The notes beneath the pieces were generated by a model, which searched no databases, was not told where the DNA came from, and saw nothing but the letters and a program-made list of their open reading frames with translations. A stretch of DNA of 64,000 bases. It comes from Octopus sinensis (lineage: Eukaryota). Each line of letters opens with the position of its first letter. Position 1 is the first letter of the stretch. The position numbers and the translations under genes are program-made. The stretch spans positions 18,290,001 through 18,354,000 of the forward strand of contig NC_043020.1 of assembly GCF_006345805.1 (NCBI RefSeq), given 5' to 3'. Positions 25,931 through 37,255 of this stretch are shown here, in pieces.

Positions 25931-28356
25931 CGAATTTGATTTATCAATTTTGACAATTGAATACTCAGTTGTCCATTTGATTGAATGACTACTCTGTGAG
26001 TTAATGCATGAAGCGGTTGAGTATTCCACAGATACACCTGCCCTTACCATAATCCTCCGGTGAAATCAGCATGACACAGCATGTGACAAGGCTGGTCCTT
26101 TGATGTACAGGTTCAGTTCATCCAACAAGCTTCCAAACAGCTTCCATCAACAAAATTTCACTCAAGATTTATTTTGACCAAAGGCCATGGTAAAAAAGAA
26201 AAAAACACTTTCTTGACATACAACATGCTAGGATTGAACCTGGGACCTCTTGATTCTATTGCGAACTTCTTAAGCTATTCAACCATGCTGCATCCTTTCA
26301 TCTAAGACATACGACTAATATACCTGATAGCCAACTGAGAGGCCAGCGGTTCTTATTCTGTCACTGACACTGCTATCTGATTTTTGCCCAAGGTCTCAAC
26401 TTTCAAACTGTCCGGTTCACCAAGCCGTAAATAGCATTTGAGATTTACAAACATCGTGTCTTTTTTTACCAATTGTAGCTTTCTTTTTAGATCACTTGGT
26501 AAGAAGGAAAGAAAACAGTGTAACTTTTTTTTTTGTGTGCTATTTCCTATTTGCCTCTATCTAGAAATCAAACAAAATGACTACTATTCCCTTCAAACTT
26601 TGCTTTTCTGACCTGGGCATCAATGTTTTGAAACTGACCTATTTTCCATTACATTTCAGACAGATTCAACACTGAGTTGCTGTAGCAGAAATACACACAA
26701 ATACCTCAGATTTGCTTGTCAGTTGTTTGACCTTAAACCACTTGAGCATGTCCCTTAGCAGCTGACAATATGTGCATTTCTGACCATGAGCAGAAGTAAT
26801 ATGAGAACATCATAGCCATGTGTTGAGAGGGATCCTTTGGGGTTTGAATAAATGTAAGAAAAGCAAAGTTTGAAGGAAATATTTAGCCATTTTTCATGCT
26901 TTCTGGGGTAAGCAAATATGAAATAATAGTTGCTACCCAAGGACAAAAATTGTGTTACTCAGTGTAATCTATAGCCACGCCCATTTCCAGAGTTTCAGAG
27001 ACTGAGGGAAGAGAGGAAGGTATACTCAAACCAGGAACCTGGCTCATGTGCCTACAATAGAGTGGGCTCTATTAAAGGCGCTCAAGAACCAAATGGTGTT
27101 AAACTGGCTGACAAATAAAGTTTAATACACAAATAAGCCACAAGATTTGAACTCAAAACGTACATGTCTGGAACAAGTATGCTCAAATGATTCAACAAGT
27201 TCACTACCCCAGATGTGCTTTTTTTTATCGACCCCCAAAATTACTGTATTATCTGTGTCTTTCTCTTTAAGATAGTTAAGCATTGTTTGGTTGCTGTTTC
27301 TAGCAGATTGAGCAACCATATAGAGGCTCTCCAGTTTATTTGATTCTAGTGCTGGGTTCAATGCTTACAATAAATAGACCTTGCAGAAAAGATTTGATTG
27401 TACCAAGCTGATTGTTTCCAAAGACACACTTCATGAAGACAGGGTCTTCAGAAATATGTTGGTATAGATAGATGCAGTTAATGAAATCAATCAATATTTA
27501 TTTTTATTTCACATAAATGATCTTATTTTTAATCAGATGCATCAGTTAATTGTTGATTAGTGTAATTAAGAGAATCAGTTATGCCAAAGGTAGATTTGCA
27601 CTTAGCAATTTTGGTCTATTGCCCAATATATCCCTGTTATTCCACCATCTGCTCCTTGATACCTTCTAATCTATCACTAAGCTCTCTGTTACTCATCCTT
27701 CCTCTCCCCTCCCCTTCTCTCATCCACTCCATCATCACTGTTTCTCCCATTATGCTCTCTGATATCCTCTCTTCTCTTCATCACTAATAATGTTTTGACC
27801 CACCATCTCACCTTCCTCCATTCTCTTATCCACTGTACCATCACTCAGTTTCGTCCCACCACCGTCATATCGTTGCTCCAGCTCTTCTCCCCCTATCACT
27901 CCCTACTCCCTCTTGACTATGTTGCCTTCAACTAAAAGAGCCAGCAGAATGGTAACAACTCATTAGCCACGCTGGCCCTAAGACAACCCCAACAATGCTG
28001 CTGCCACATTAAAACAATAAACAAGCAAACAATCAGAGACAACATGTGGTTGAGAGGGTCCTTTAGTTTGTCCGAAAACAGTACTGCCTCTCCAGGGCTG
28101 GTGCAATGATAAAATGCACACAGTACACTCTCTAATGCAATAGATGTCAGGAAGAGCATTCAGCTGGAGAAACCATGTCAAAATTGGAATGTGTTGAGCA
28201 AGATGTGGTCCTTTGATCTGTCTAGGAGGGCAGTAACTCTGAATTAAGAAATTATTCAGATTGCAAAAACCTGTCCAACCCATGCCAACATGGAAATCAG
28301 ATATAGAAATTCTTTTCTATTCTAGGCACAAGGCCCTATATATATATATATATATA

Positions 28357-28521
28357 CTTTATTTAAAAGCAGCAGAAAATTCAACAAAACCTGTTACTCT
28401 GAGTTTCGTCGGACAGTTTTTGTTAAATTTTCTGCTGCTTTTAAATAAAGCATATTACTCTACCCCTGGTATTTGAGTACTCTTTTTTCCACCTTGTTTC
28501 ACATTTATGTGTTTACTCCGG
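28357..28521 (-). mobile_element. Probable Penelope-like terminal module: 37-bp-arm hairpin enclosing a hammerhead remnant
   Basis: Inverted arms 28357-28394 and 28413-28450; minus-strand loop reads CCGAC-GAAAC-TCAGA-GTA; TA runs on both sides. Confidence 0.5.
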
Positions 28522-29021
28522 TATATATATATATATATAGCGAGAGAGAGAGAAAGAGGTGGAGGGATAAACATTTTGTACTAGAGTACAAACAAGAACA
28601 AGGAAATGAATAATGTAGGAATCTAATAAAACTAAAAATCAGGATTACACAAATTTAAGTTTCAACTTTCAAATTATCAAATTGTAATTATAATTGATTA
28701 CAATTTGATAATGCTAAAATTGAAAGATGAGACTTCATTTACTGTAATTGTGATTCATTGCAGCTTTATTCAATTTAAATTTCATCTGTGCATGTGTACG
28801 CACGCACACACACACACACCACACACACACACACACGCACACAATACACACATACATACACACATTGTTGCCTAACAGTCCATAAGCCATAAAAAATAGG
28901 CATTTATATATTTATCAATAGTGTAAGTATATTAGTCAAAGTACGTAGTAGTATACAACTATATATATGTGTGACTGTGTGTGTGTGTGTGTGGATGAGT
29001 GTGTATAGAAAGAGAGAGAGA

Positions 29022-30431
29022 GTGTTTGGGCTGAATTTGACTGTGTGCATAAAAGGAACAAAAAACACTATATCCAATCCAAAAATTAATAAATAAAGGA
29101 GGTAGCAGTTTACTCAGAGTAGTCACCCTCAGCTTTCACCTTGGTTTCACGATGGCTACAGAACCTGGTGCATGTGCTTTTCACTGTATACCTGGGAAAA
29201 TCTTCAAACACCTCCTTGATGTCAGCCACCGGCTCAGTGCTTCATGCAGAATGGTTGGTGTCTTTCTGAACCACACTCTACATGTAATAATCCAAGGGAT
29301 TACAATTAGAGGAATTAGGAGGAAAGAAATTGGGGCTGGCAAAGTTGTAAGAATTCTACAATTCAAACTTTTTCCAGAGGTATGGCAAGGAGCTGAATCC
29401 TACTACCATACATATGGCCTTCAAGTAGCAACCCTCTTCAGCCAGAGTTTGACCACCAACTTCAACAGTTTCACATGCCATTCAAGAATTTGGACCTGGA
29501 GATCTCCATTTCCAGTGACTTCGAGGGCCACATCCCAGTGGTGTCGGACGTCAACGAAGAGCCCTTGACTACAAGACGACCAAAGTTTTTTTTCCCAAGG
29601 TCTGGGGTCTCCTGCCCCTAAGCCCAAGACCATTACCTAATCACCCTTACCCGTCTTGTTGCTTAACAAAAACAACAACAACAGTTTCACATTGCTGTCT
29701 GAATTGAGTCTAAGCCCCTTTCAAAGATACAGGACAGAATGATGTCACTCTCACTGGAAACATATCCAAAGACCATCACAGTTTGGGGTAACTTGGTTTT
29801 CATGATAATTGGGGCATCACATGGATTGTAGGTAAATCACTTGTTGTTCTGAGTATTGTGTAACTGACCCTGGGAGAAATTCTTTTTATTTGAGAAAAAC
29901 CAGATCATCTCTGGTTCAATAGGATGCCTCAGCTTGTTCAGAAACTTGTCTTTGTTAAGTGGTTCTCCTTGGTCTTGGCTGGTAGAATTTGTACCTTTGT
30001 ACCTCTTGTATGAGTAATAGAGGAGCCCCTCATTCAGAGCTAGTATCATAGTGGCAACTCAAACACCAATGGCTCTCACCAAAGCCTGATTCCACTTCTT
30101 AGATCTTCCATCAACTTATCCTGCAGTTGTTGGATGAATTCTGGCATGTGGACACAATCAGAATGCCTGCTGTGTCCCTTCCTTGTGGCCACAGCTTTGT
30201 AATCTCCATTGAGCAGCAATCATGATGTCGGCACTTTGATACCTGGTATGAATCATCACAATACAGCTAACTCTTTTCTAATATTCAGAGGGCTTCTGGT
30301 CCTCCATGTTAGCTAATTTTTTCTTGACTACAACTGTAATCTCCAGTATGTTGACTGTTCCACAATACATCAAACTGTTCCTGAAAATACGAGTCACAAA
30401 AAAAATCATCAAATTTAGCCTGAACACCTTG
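29022..30431 (-). mobile_element. Decayed Tc1/mariner-superfamily transposon, maT/DD37D-like
   Basis: TIRs GTGTTTGGGCTGAATTTGA (29022-40) and TCAAATTTAGCCTGAACACC (30409-28); minus-strand peptides LNKLRHPIEPEMIWFFSNKKNF, QDSAPCHTS, PPNSSNCNPLDYY, KAEGDYSE* (stop 29110-12); many frameshifts. Confidence 0.8.
29477..29678 (+). mobile_element. 202-bp 5'-truncated retroposed insertion inside the transposase
   Basis: 14-bp direct repeat CAACAGTTTCACAT at 29463-76 and 29679-92; (AAC)n-like 3' tail. Confidence 0.75.
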
Positions 30432-30449
30432 TGTATTGGCAAGTAAAAG

Positions 30450-30614
30450 CACCTAGTACACTCATAAAGAGGTTGGCATTAAGAAGGGCATCCAGCTGTA
30501 GAAACAATGCCAAAACAGACAAATGGGGCCCAGGTAACACTCCAGCTGGCAAAATCCTGTCAAACTGTCCAACTCATACCAGCATGGAGGCAGACATTAA
30601 AAAATGATGATGAT
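30450..30614 (+). mobile_element. RTE LINE 3' UTR fragment
   Basis: GGCATTAAGAAGGGCATCCAGCTGTAGAAAC...ATGATGATGATG. Confidence 0.7.
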
Positions 30615-30657
30615 GGGAGCATCTCAACCAATCAACATGTAAATTCTGTAATGTCCT

Positions 30658-30761
30658 TTGCCCTGAAGATATTTCACTCAAGATCTTCAAAATGCAAACT
30701 TATATCATTATATTATGTTTTGTAATTTGTATAGGATGTGAATTGAAACAATTGTAGGCAA
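30658..30761 (+). ncRNA. Type I hammerhead ribozyme motif with long stem II
   Basis: Stem I TTGCC/GGCAA; CTGAAGA 30663-69; TTCAC/GTGAA in stem II (U.U at its base); GAAA 30745-48; palindrome ACAATTGT; GUA 30754-56. Confidence 0.75.
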
Positions 30762-30924
30762 TGTTAATTAATTAATGAATTAATTTATATTCTTTAAATC
30801 TCTCCATTTTCTTACTTAATTATATATATATATAAAATTTAGATTCATATGAATATGGTACTTAAGTTGAGGCACCAGAATTTAGTATGGTATTATTCAT
30901 ACAATTTCAAAATAAGGTGATTAA

Positions 30925-31102
30925 AATCAAAATAAGCAACAAGGATATCCAGAGGCAATTCAATTCTATCTCTTTGTGCAACTGAAGATTGCTCTACATT
31001 TTAAATTGATGTAATGAAATGATTCCATTGTTCAATTAAATGGAGTCGCATGAAACGATCGTACTGCATTACCTCTGGATATCCTTGTTGCTTATTTTGA
31101 TT
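30925..31102. mobile_element. 178-bp element with 35-bp inverted ends enclosing a hammerhead
   Basis: AATCAAAATAAGCAACAAGGATATCCAGAGGCAAT (30925-59) and its reverse complement at 31068-31102, one mismatch. Confidence 0.8.
30977..31068 (+). ncRNA. Type I hammerhead ribozyme motif
   Basis: Stem I TGCAA/CTGCA (A.C at first pair); CTGAAGA 30982-88; long bulged stem II; GAAA 31052-55; palindrome ACGATCGT; GUA 31061-63. Confidence 0.65.
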
Positions 31103-31289
31103 ATACATACACACATATTGTCTGTAAAAGCATAAATCTGAAAGAAGAAGCACACTCTAAGATACAGAGCAGTAAAAATGGGGAAGGCAGGTTTATGGAA
31201 TTATCAGCAGTTCCAGCAATTTCAGCTCCAGCAACAACAATGATGGCAGCGGCAATTTCAGCAGATGCAGACACAGCACTGACAACTCC

Positions 31290-31625
31290 CACCCACAGAG
31301 ATACATCGGATGTTCTGAAAACTCATTCAAGCAGCGTCTCTCCAACTACTGGTCCTCCTTCTGAGTTCCGGAAAGGAGATATGCAACATCATTTGCCAGC
31401 CATATATGGCAACTGAGAGATGATAGGATTCCATGCTCAATCTCATGGAAAATCCTTGAGAATCCAAGCCCCTACATCAATAGGACAAAATTATGCAAAT
31501 TATACATAGCAGAACAGGCAAGAATCCTAAAGGACTCTCTCAAACCAGGGAACATCCTTAACTCCAGAAAGGAGATTTTTCAGGCCATGTTTACATTTCA
31601 GGAGATTCCTGCTAGCCTTTTGGAG
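31290..31625 (+). pseudogene. GIY-YIG endonuclease domain of a Penelope-like element
   Basis: One frame: QRYIGCSENSFKQRLSNYWSSF*VPERRYATSFASHIWQLRDDRIPCSISWKILENPSPYINRTKLCKLYIAEQARILKDSLKPGNILNSRKEIFRPCLHFRRFLLAFW; YIG at 31302-10, stop at 31362. Confidence 0.85.
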
Positions 31626-31748
31626 CCCACAAGATGGCAGCACAGCCAGACGTCGACATCTGATAGCCAAGGGAGACAATCCCCAATTGTTACCATTGAG
31701 TAGTAAGGCATTTCCTCCTCCATATTCTTAAGAGGTCTTAGGCCAACA

Positions 31749-31822
31749 GGTTTTGGGATCAGACGATATGCCATAAAGCTAAACCTTTTATGGACGAGAA
31801 ACCTAAGGTAATCCCATAAACC
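31749..31822 (+). ncRNA. Type I hammerhead ribozyme motif, one core substitution
   Basis: 11-bp stem I GGTTTTGGGAT/ATCCCA(T)AAACC; CAGACGA 31760-66 (U4 to A); stem II CCATAAA/TTTATGG; GAAA 31798-801; stem III ACC-TAA-GGT; GUA 31808-10. Confidence 0.7.
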
Positions 31823-31837
31823 AGCCTTCCCCATTTG

Positions 31838-32218
31838 GGCATGTAAAAAGCACCATTCAAACATGATTGTTACCTGCGTTGCCTTACTAGCACTTGTGCT
31901 GGTGGCACGTGAAAAAACATTTGAGCGAGGTCGTTGCCAGTGCCGCTGGACTGGCTCCTGTGCAGGTGGCACATACAAAGCACAATTTGAGCGTGGCCAT
32001 TGCCAGTACTGCCTGACTGGCCCTCATGCCGGTGGCATGTAAAAGCACCTACTACACTCTCAGAGTGGTTGGCATTAGGAAGGGCATCCAGTTGTAGAAA
32101 CTCTGCCAGATCGGATTGGAGCCTGGTGCAGCCATCTGGTTCGTCAGACCTCAGTCAAATCGTCCAACCCATGCTAGCATGGAAAGCAGACGTTAAACGA
32201 TGATGATGATGATGATGA
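31838..32218 (+). mobile_element. RTE LINE 3' UTR fragment with (GAT)n tail
   Basis: Close match to 4867-5236. Confidence 0.85.
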
Positions 32219-32364
32219 TATATATATATAGTTATGGTATATTCCATTAGGAACATGGCAGAGTACAGTATGAAGCTCGTCCACCTTCAGAATTGCTCAG
32301 TACTATCCGATAGCATTATATACTTCCAAGTTTCAGTTTGGGCATTCGTTGTGTGAATATAAAA

Positions 32365-32439
32365 CTGAAGAAATTGGAGTCAACAACAAGGACAGTTATC
32401 TTTTAATCACTACAATTGCATCGAAACAATTGTAGCAAC
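32365..32439 (+). ncRNA. Degenerate hammerhead-like motif
   Basis: CTGAAGA 32365-71, GAAA 32423-26, palindrome ACAATTGT, GUA 32432-34; no stem I partner adjacent to the core. Confidence 0.3.
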
Positions 32440-32523
32440 TAAAAAATAACAGCCCAATCATACTCTTCCTTGTTGAATCCAATGTCTTCAATTATATATA
32501 TATGTGTATGTATGTATCTATTA

Positions 32524-32720
32524 TCTTCATCATCATTTAATGTTCATTTTCCATGCTTGCATGGGTTGGACGGTTTGACAGAAACTGACCTGCTGAATGG
32601 CCGTTCAGGCTCAATGTCTGTTTTGGCATGGTTTCTACAGCTGAATGCCCTTCCTAACGTAAACCACTTTACAGAGTGTACTGGGTGCTTTTTATGTGGC
32701 ACCAGCGCTTACAAGTCCAC
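32524..32720 (-). mobile_element. RTE LINE 3' UTR fragment
   Basis: CATCATCATTTAATGTTCATTTTCCATGCTTGCATGGGTTGGACGG. Confidence 0.75.
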
Positions 32721-32767
32721 AAGATTAGGGAGGCTCAGCTGGAGAAGATTTACTAGGGATGAGTATA

Positions 32768-33102
<335 letters not shown>

Positions 33103-33776
33103 GCTTCTTTCAGTTTCTAAATCTATTCACTTGGCCTTGGTCAACCCAGGGCTGCCAATAGCACTGTGCAATAGGGCTGAACTAACGATTAGATGTTGGG
33201 ATGCATGCGTCTTAATCATGCAGCCATGTCCACACACGTGGGGTTACATTAACACAGGTATTACAGAGACTGTTCATGTAAGGAAGGACTCAATACATTG
33301 AAACGTACTCTCAAAAGCCTACCAATAATTGCATTTAATTTTCAAAACCTTTATTTTTTTTTTATCCTTGTGTGTATTTGTGCGCATGCGCATGTATGCG
33401 TGCATGAGTGCCTTACTCTAGATTTTTGCACTCATGCAAAGTGGATGGAATATTTTTACTGAAGAAGAAGAATTTTCGGAGAGAGAGAGAGAGAGAGGAG
33501 GGTGGAGAGAGGGGTGGGGGAGAGAGAGGCTTGAGAGATTGAGGGATGGAGAGAGAGAGAGAGAGAATGAAAGAAAGAGAGGGAGGGAGACAGTAAGACA
33601 ATCAGAAAGAGGGTTGAGATATGTAAATATGTAAGGAAAAATATTTTTTAAAAAGAAATGTTTCTCAATAAAGGATATCATGTTATGTGTTATGAAAGGA
33701 GTGAAAATATTTAGAAGCAAAATCAGCAGCAGGTGGTGAATGATGGTGGTGGTGGTGATGGCGGTGGTTATTGTTG

Positions 33777-33808
<32 letters not shown>

Positions 33809-33994
33809 GGTTGTGGGACCCATTTAGTTGGCCTTCTAAATAGTGGAACAGTGATTTCAATTTATCAGGCCAAAAACAACACAAGAAAAAAAAGAAATGT
33901 AAAGAAGAGAAAAGAAAATTCTAAAGAAATAGCAACCATGTGAGGTTTTAGTGTGTCTATGTGTGTGTGTATTAAAGAAGGACAGAGAGAGAGA

Positions 33995-34235
33995 GAGAGA
34001 AGTATTGTGTGTAAGAGAGGGAGAGAGAGAGTGTGACTGTGAGAGTATGTGTATGTGTGTGTGAGTGTTTGAGAAGGAAAGAGAGAGAACATTATATGTG
34101 TGTAAGAGAGGGAGAAAGAGTGTGATTATGAGAGTATGTGTATGTGTGTGTGTGTATGTGAGAGTGTTTGAGAAGGAAAGAGAGAGAAACATTATGTGTG
34201 TGTAAGAGAGGGAGAGAGAGTGATTGTGTGTGTAT
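33995..34235. repeat. About three imperfect copies of an 85-100 bp GA/GT-rich unit
   Basis: GTGTGTAAGAGAGGGAGA recurs three times; GTGTTTGAGAAGGAAAGAGAGAGAA recurs twice. Confidence 0.7.
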
Positions 34236-34632
34236 GTGTGTATAAGACATACAGAGAGAGAGAGATTATATGTGTGTTAGAGGTTGAGAGAAATTGCGCA
34301 TATATGTATTAGAGAGAGGAAAGAAAGAGATAGAGAGAGATAGAGACATTGTATGCATGTTAAGGAGATAGAAGGAACACAGAAAAAGGGTGATCGTGTG
34401 TGTGTGTGTTAAAAAGGGAGTGCATTTGTGTGTTTGAGGGGGGAAAAGACAAGAAAGGAAAAGAAAGAGAAAAAAGCCATGAATGAGTTTGTGTGTATGT
34501 GTGTTACAGAAGGAAAGAGAGAGAGAGAGGCAAGGAAGAAGAGAGAAAAAGAGAGAGTGATAGAGAGGCTGTGTGGTATATTAAAGAGAGTAAGAGATTT
34601 TATGTGTTTGTGTATGTTAGAAAAAAAAAAGA

Positions 34633-34678
<46 letters not shown>

Positions 34679-34955
34679 AAGAGCCTGGAAGCAAAAGTCA
34701 GTGAAATGGGAGAAAGAGAAAAAAAGAGAGATTGTGTGTGTTTGCATGTGTGTGTTAGCGACAGAGAAAGACTATATCTATATGGGTGAGTATATGATTC
34801 TGTGCGCGCGCGTGTGTGTGCGTGAGTGCGTGTGTGTGTGTGTGTGTGTGTGCGTGTGTAATGGTTTGTAAGTGTATGTTAAGTTTCACAACACAGCATC
34901 ATTGCTCAGTCTCATGAAACGGCCTTTGATCAACAACAACAGGATCAGCAACAGT

Positions 34956-34986
<31 letters not shown>

Positions 34987-35338
34987 CTCTCATGAAGCCT
35001 TTCCACTAACAGCAGCAGCAGCAGCAGCAACGACACCAACAAGAGGATAAGATCAGCAGCAATAACACAACAAAAAAACAAAAAAAACAAAAACCAACAT
35101 CAAAAGCAACAAAATAACAACAGCAGCAGCAGGAAAAGCAACAACAACAACAACAACAATCACAAGAACGGCAGCAGCAGCAGCAGCAAAACTATGCCAT
35201 CAGCGCCACCTACAAAAATAATGATGGTTTATAACAATGGCAAAACGACAGGAATTTGTAAGAGGGAAGGGTGCAGTGGAATGAATTGATCATGGTATAT
35301 TACTGGTACTTTTTTTATTTAATGGAATCCCTCTAAAG

Positions 35339-35400
35339 CAGTGGTTCTCAACTAGGGTTGGCTTGTGACCCCTAGGGGGTCCATATAAGATTTTGTTGTT
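35339..35400. mobile_element. Single end of a hAT-Charlie-type MITE
   Basis: CTCTAAAG|CAGTGGTTCTCAAC. Confidence 0.5.
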
Positions 35401-35578
35401 AAAATTTATGTGGTGTGGCTGTGTGGTAAGAAGCTTACTTCCCAACAACATGGTTCTAGGTTCAGTCCCACTGCGTGATGCCTTAGACAAGTGTCTTCTA
35501 TTATAGCCTTGTAACCAAAGCCTTGTAAGTGGATATCGGCAAACAGAAACTGAAAGAAGCCTGTCATATATATATATA

Positions 35579-36146
35579 TTGGGTTGTCCGGAAAGTTTGT
35601 GCCGATTTTTAGAGGAAAGAAAAAGGTCAATAAATACTTGCCATTACATTTTTAATCAACCAAATATGAACCATTTTGTTGCACAATGCATCTCCATCTT
35701 TCCATTAACTTGAAAATACCCTCTTCCCAGAACTGAGGTGGTTTCATGACAAAGAATTCATCAAGATTTTTTTTTTTGCATCATTCAAGGAATTGAAATT
35801 TTTACCATTAAGACTATTCTGCAGAGATCTGAATAAGTGGAAATCCGAAGGAGCAATATCTGGTGAATATGGAAGGTGGGGTAACACATCCCAGCCGAGC
35901 TGCAGCAATTTTTGTTTAGTTCCCAAAGCATCAAGTGCCGAAAATGAACTTTCTTATCTTCCATTTTAAAAGGTTACTGAATTAACACAGGTTATAGGAA
36001 CATAAATCTTCTTCCATGAAAAGATAGCTTAAACTGTGCTCTAAATGGAGGTGTAGTCAAATCCTATTTTATGAACTCAACCATGTTCTAAAATAAGTTG
36101 AAATGTAAGCTACTATAAATTGGCATGAACTTTCCAGACAACTCAA
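35579..36146 (-). mobile_element. Internally deleted mariner element
   Basis: 30-bp TIRs at 35579-608 and 36117-146; N-terminus MEDKKVHFRHLMLWE (ATG 35964) fused out of frame to TKQKLLQLGWDVLPHLPYSPDIAPSDFHLFRSLQNSL. Confidence 0.9.
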
Positions 36147-36339
36147 AAATTTCGCACGATTGTATCCAAAATTTCTTCACATTAACAATTTACTATGAAC
36201 TATATATGGACAAGCACATATTCTGTAAGTTCAAGACCTTCCATCGGATCTCCAGGAATCAAACTTTCTTCAATGCAGTTAAACTCACACCCTCATTTGT
36301 ATCTACTCCTTTTGATGTTTGGGAATCTCTGATGTTTTT

Positions 36340-36423
36340 TCGGTTGATGAGTATGAGCCACCTATATTTACTGCAATTTTTGTAGCTTATTAAAGATGTC
36401 CTCGTACGAAACAATTGTACCGA
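36340..36423 (+). ncRNA. Type I hammerhead ribozyme motif
   Basis: Stem I TCGG/CCGA; TTGATGA 36344-50 (C3 to U); 7-bp stem II GTATGAG/CTCGTAC with canonical G-C base; GAAA 36408-11; palindrome ACAATTGT; GUA 36417-19. Confidence 0.7.
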
Positions 36424-36756
36424 TATTTTGATCCATTCTTGTTGCTTTTTTCCTATTTATATATGTATGTATGTAGATATATATATATCTATGAGCCTGT
36501 CTTTGTGTGTGTGTGTTTGAACCACATTGCTGTTTGACAACTGATGTTTGTTTGTTTATGTCTCTGTAACTTAGCAGTTTGGAAAAAGAAACCCATTGAA
36601 TAAGTGCTAGGCTTTAAAAATTACAAAAAAACTCTGGGGTTAATTTTTTTCAATGAAACTCTGAAACAAGTAAACAATAAATGGTAAAAGATACTTCTAC
36701 AATACACAAAATATTTGAAGTTTTTTAAAAGATAATTCCTAATACTATTAGTAAAT

Positions 36757-37069
36757 GTGGAGGCGCAATAGCCCAGTGGTTAGGGCAGCGGACTCACGGT
36801 CGTAGGATCGCAGTTTCGATTCCCAGACTGGGTGTTGTGAGTGTTTATTGAGCAAAAATACCTAAAGCTCTACGAGGCTCCGGCAGGGGATGGTGGCGAT
36901 CCCTGCTGTACTCTTTCGCCACAACTTCCTCTCACTCTTTCTTCTGTTGGCCTGCTCGCTTAGCCAGCGGGGTGGCGTCATTTAAAGGCTAAAACAATGC
37001 AAAGCGCATTGTGACCAGCGATGTGTAGCAACATCTGATAGCCTGGTCAGTCACGGTGATCACAGTGAT
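36757..37069 (+). mobile_element. Full-length tRNA-derived SINE (fourth family) with TSD
   Basis: A box TAGCCCAGTGG, B box GTTTCGATTCCC, tail (CACRGTGAT)2, TSD TTAGTAAAT at 36748-56 and 37070-78. Confidence 0.85.
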
Positions 37070-37150
37070 TTAGTAAATAATTGTAATGAATATAAACTTA
37101 AAGCTTATATGCATTCACCTTGTATGGGCTAAAGAAAATGGTCTAATATT

Positions 37151-37252
37151 GGGGCATATAAGACCTCGATGGAAAAAAGTGGGTATTAGTATGCATTCTA
37201 ATACCCATTCATATTAATACCCACTTTTTTCCATTGTAGGGTTATATGCCTC
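37151..37252. other. Hairpin, 43-bp arms and 16-nt loop
   Basis: ATGGAAAAAAGTGGGTATTAGTATG pairs with CATATTAATACCCACTTTTTTCCAT; outer GGCATATAA/TTATATGCC also pair. Confidence 0.75.
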
Positions 37253-37255
37253 AAC

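Larger units (their letters stand above)
31176..31836 (+). mobile_element. 5'-truncated Penelope-like retroelement bounded by 28-bp inverted repeats
   Basis: GIY-YIG remnant plus 3' hammerhead; 31176-31203 is the reverse complement of 31809-31836 with 2 mismatches. Confidence 0.8.

Noticed and set aside
36757-36830. tRNA genes at SINE heads (also family A and B heads)
   Set aside because: A/B boxes are present but they continue into SINE bodies and I could not fold a cloverleaf
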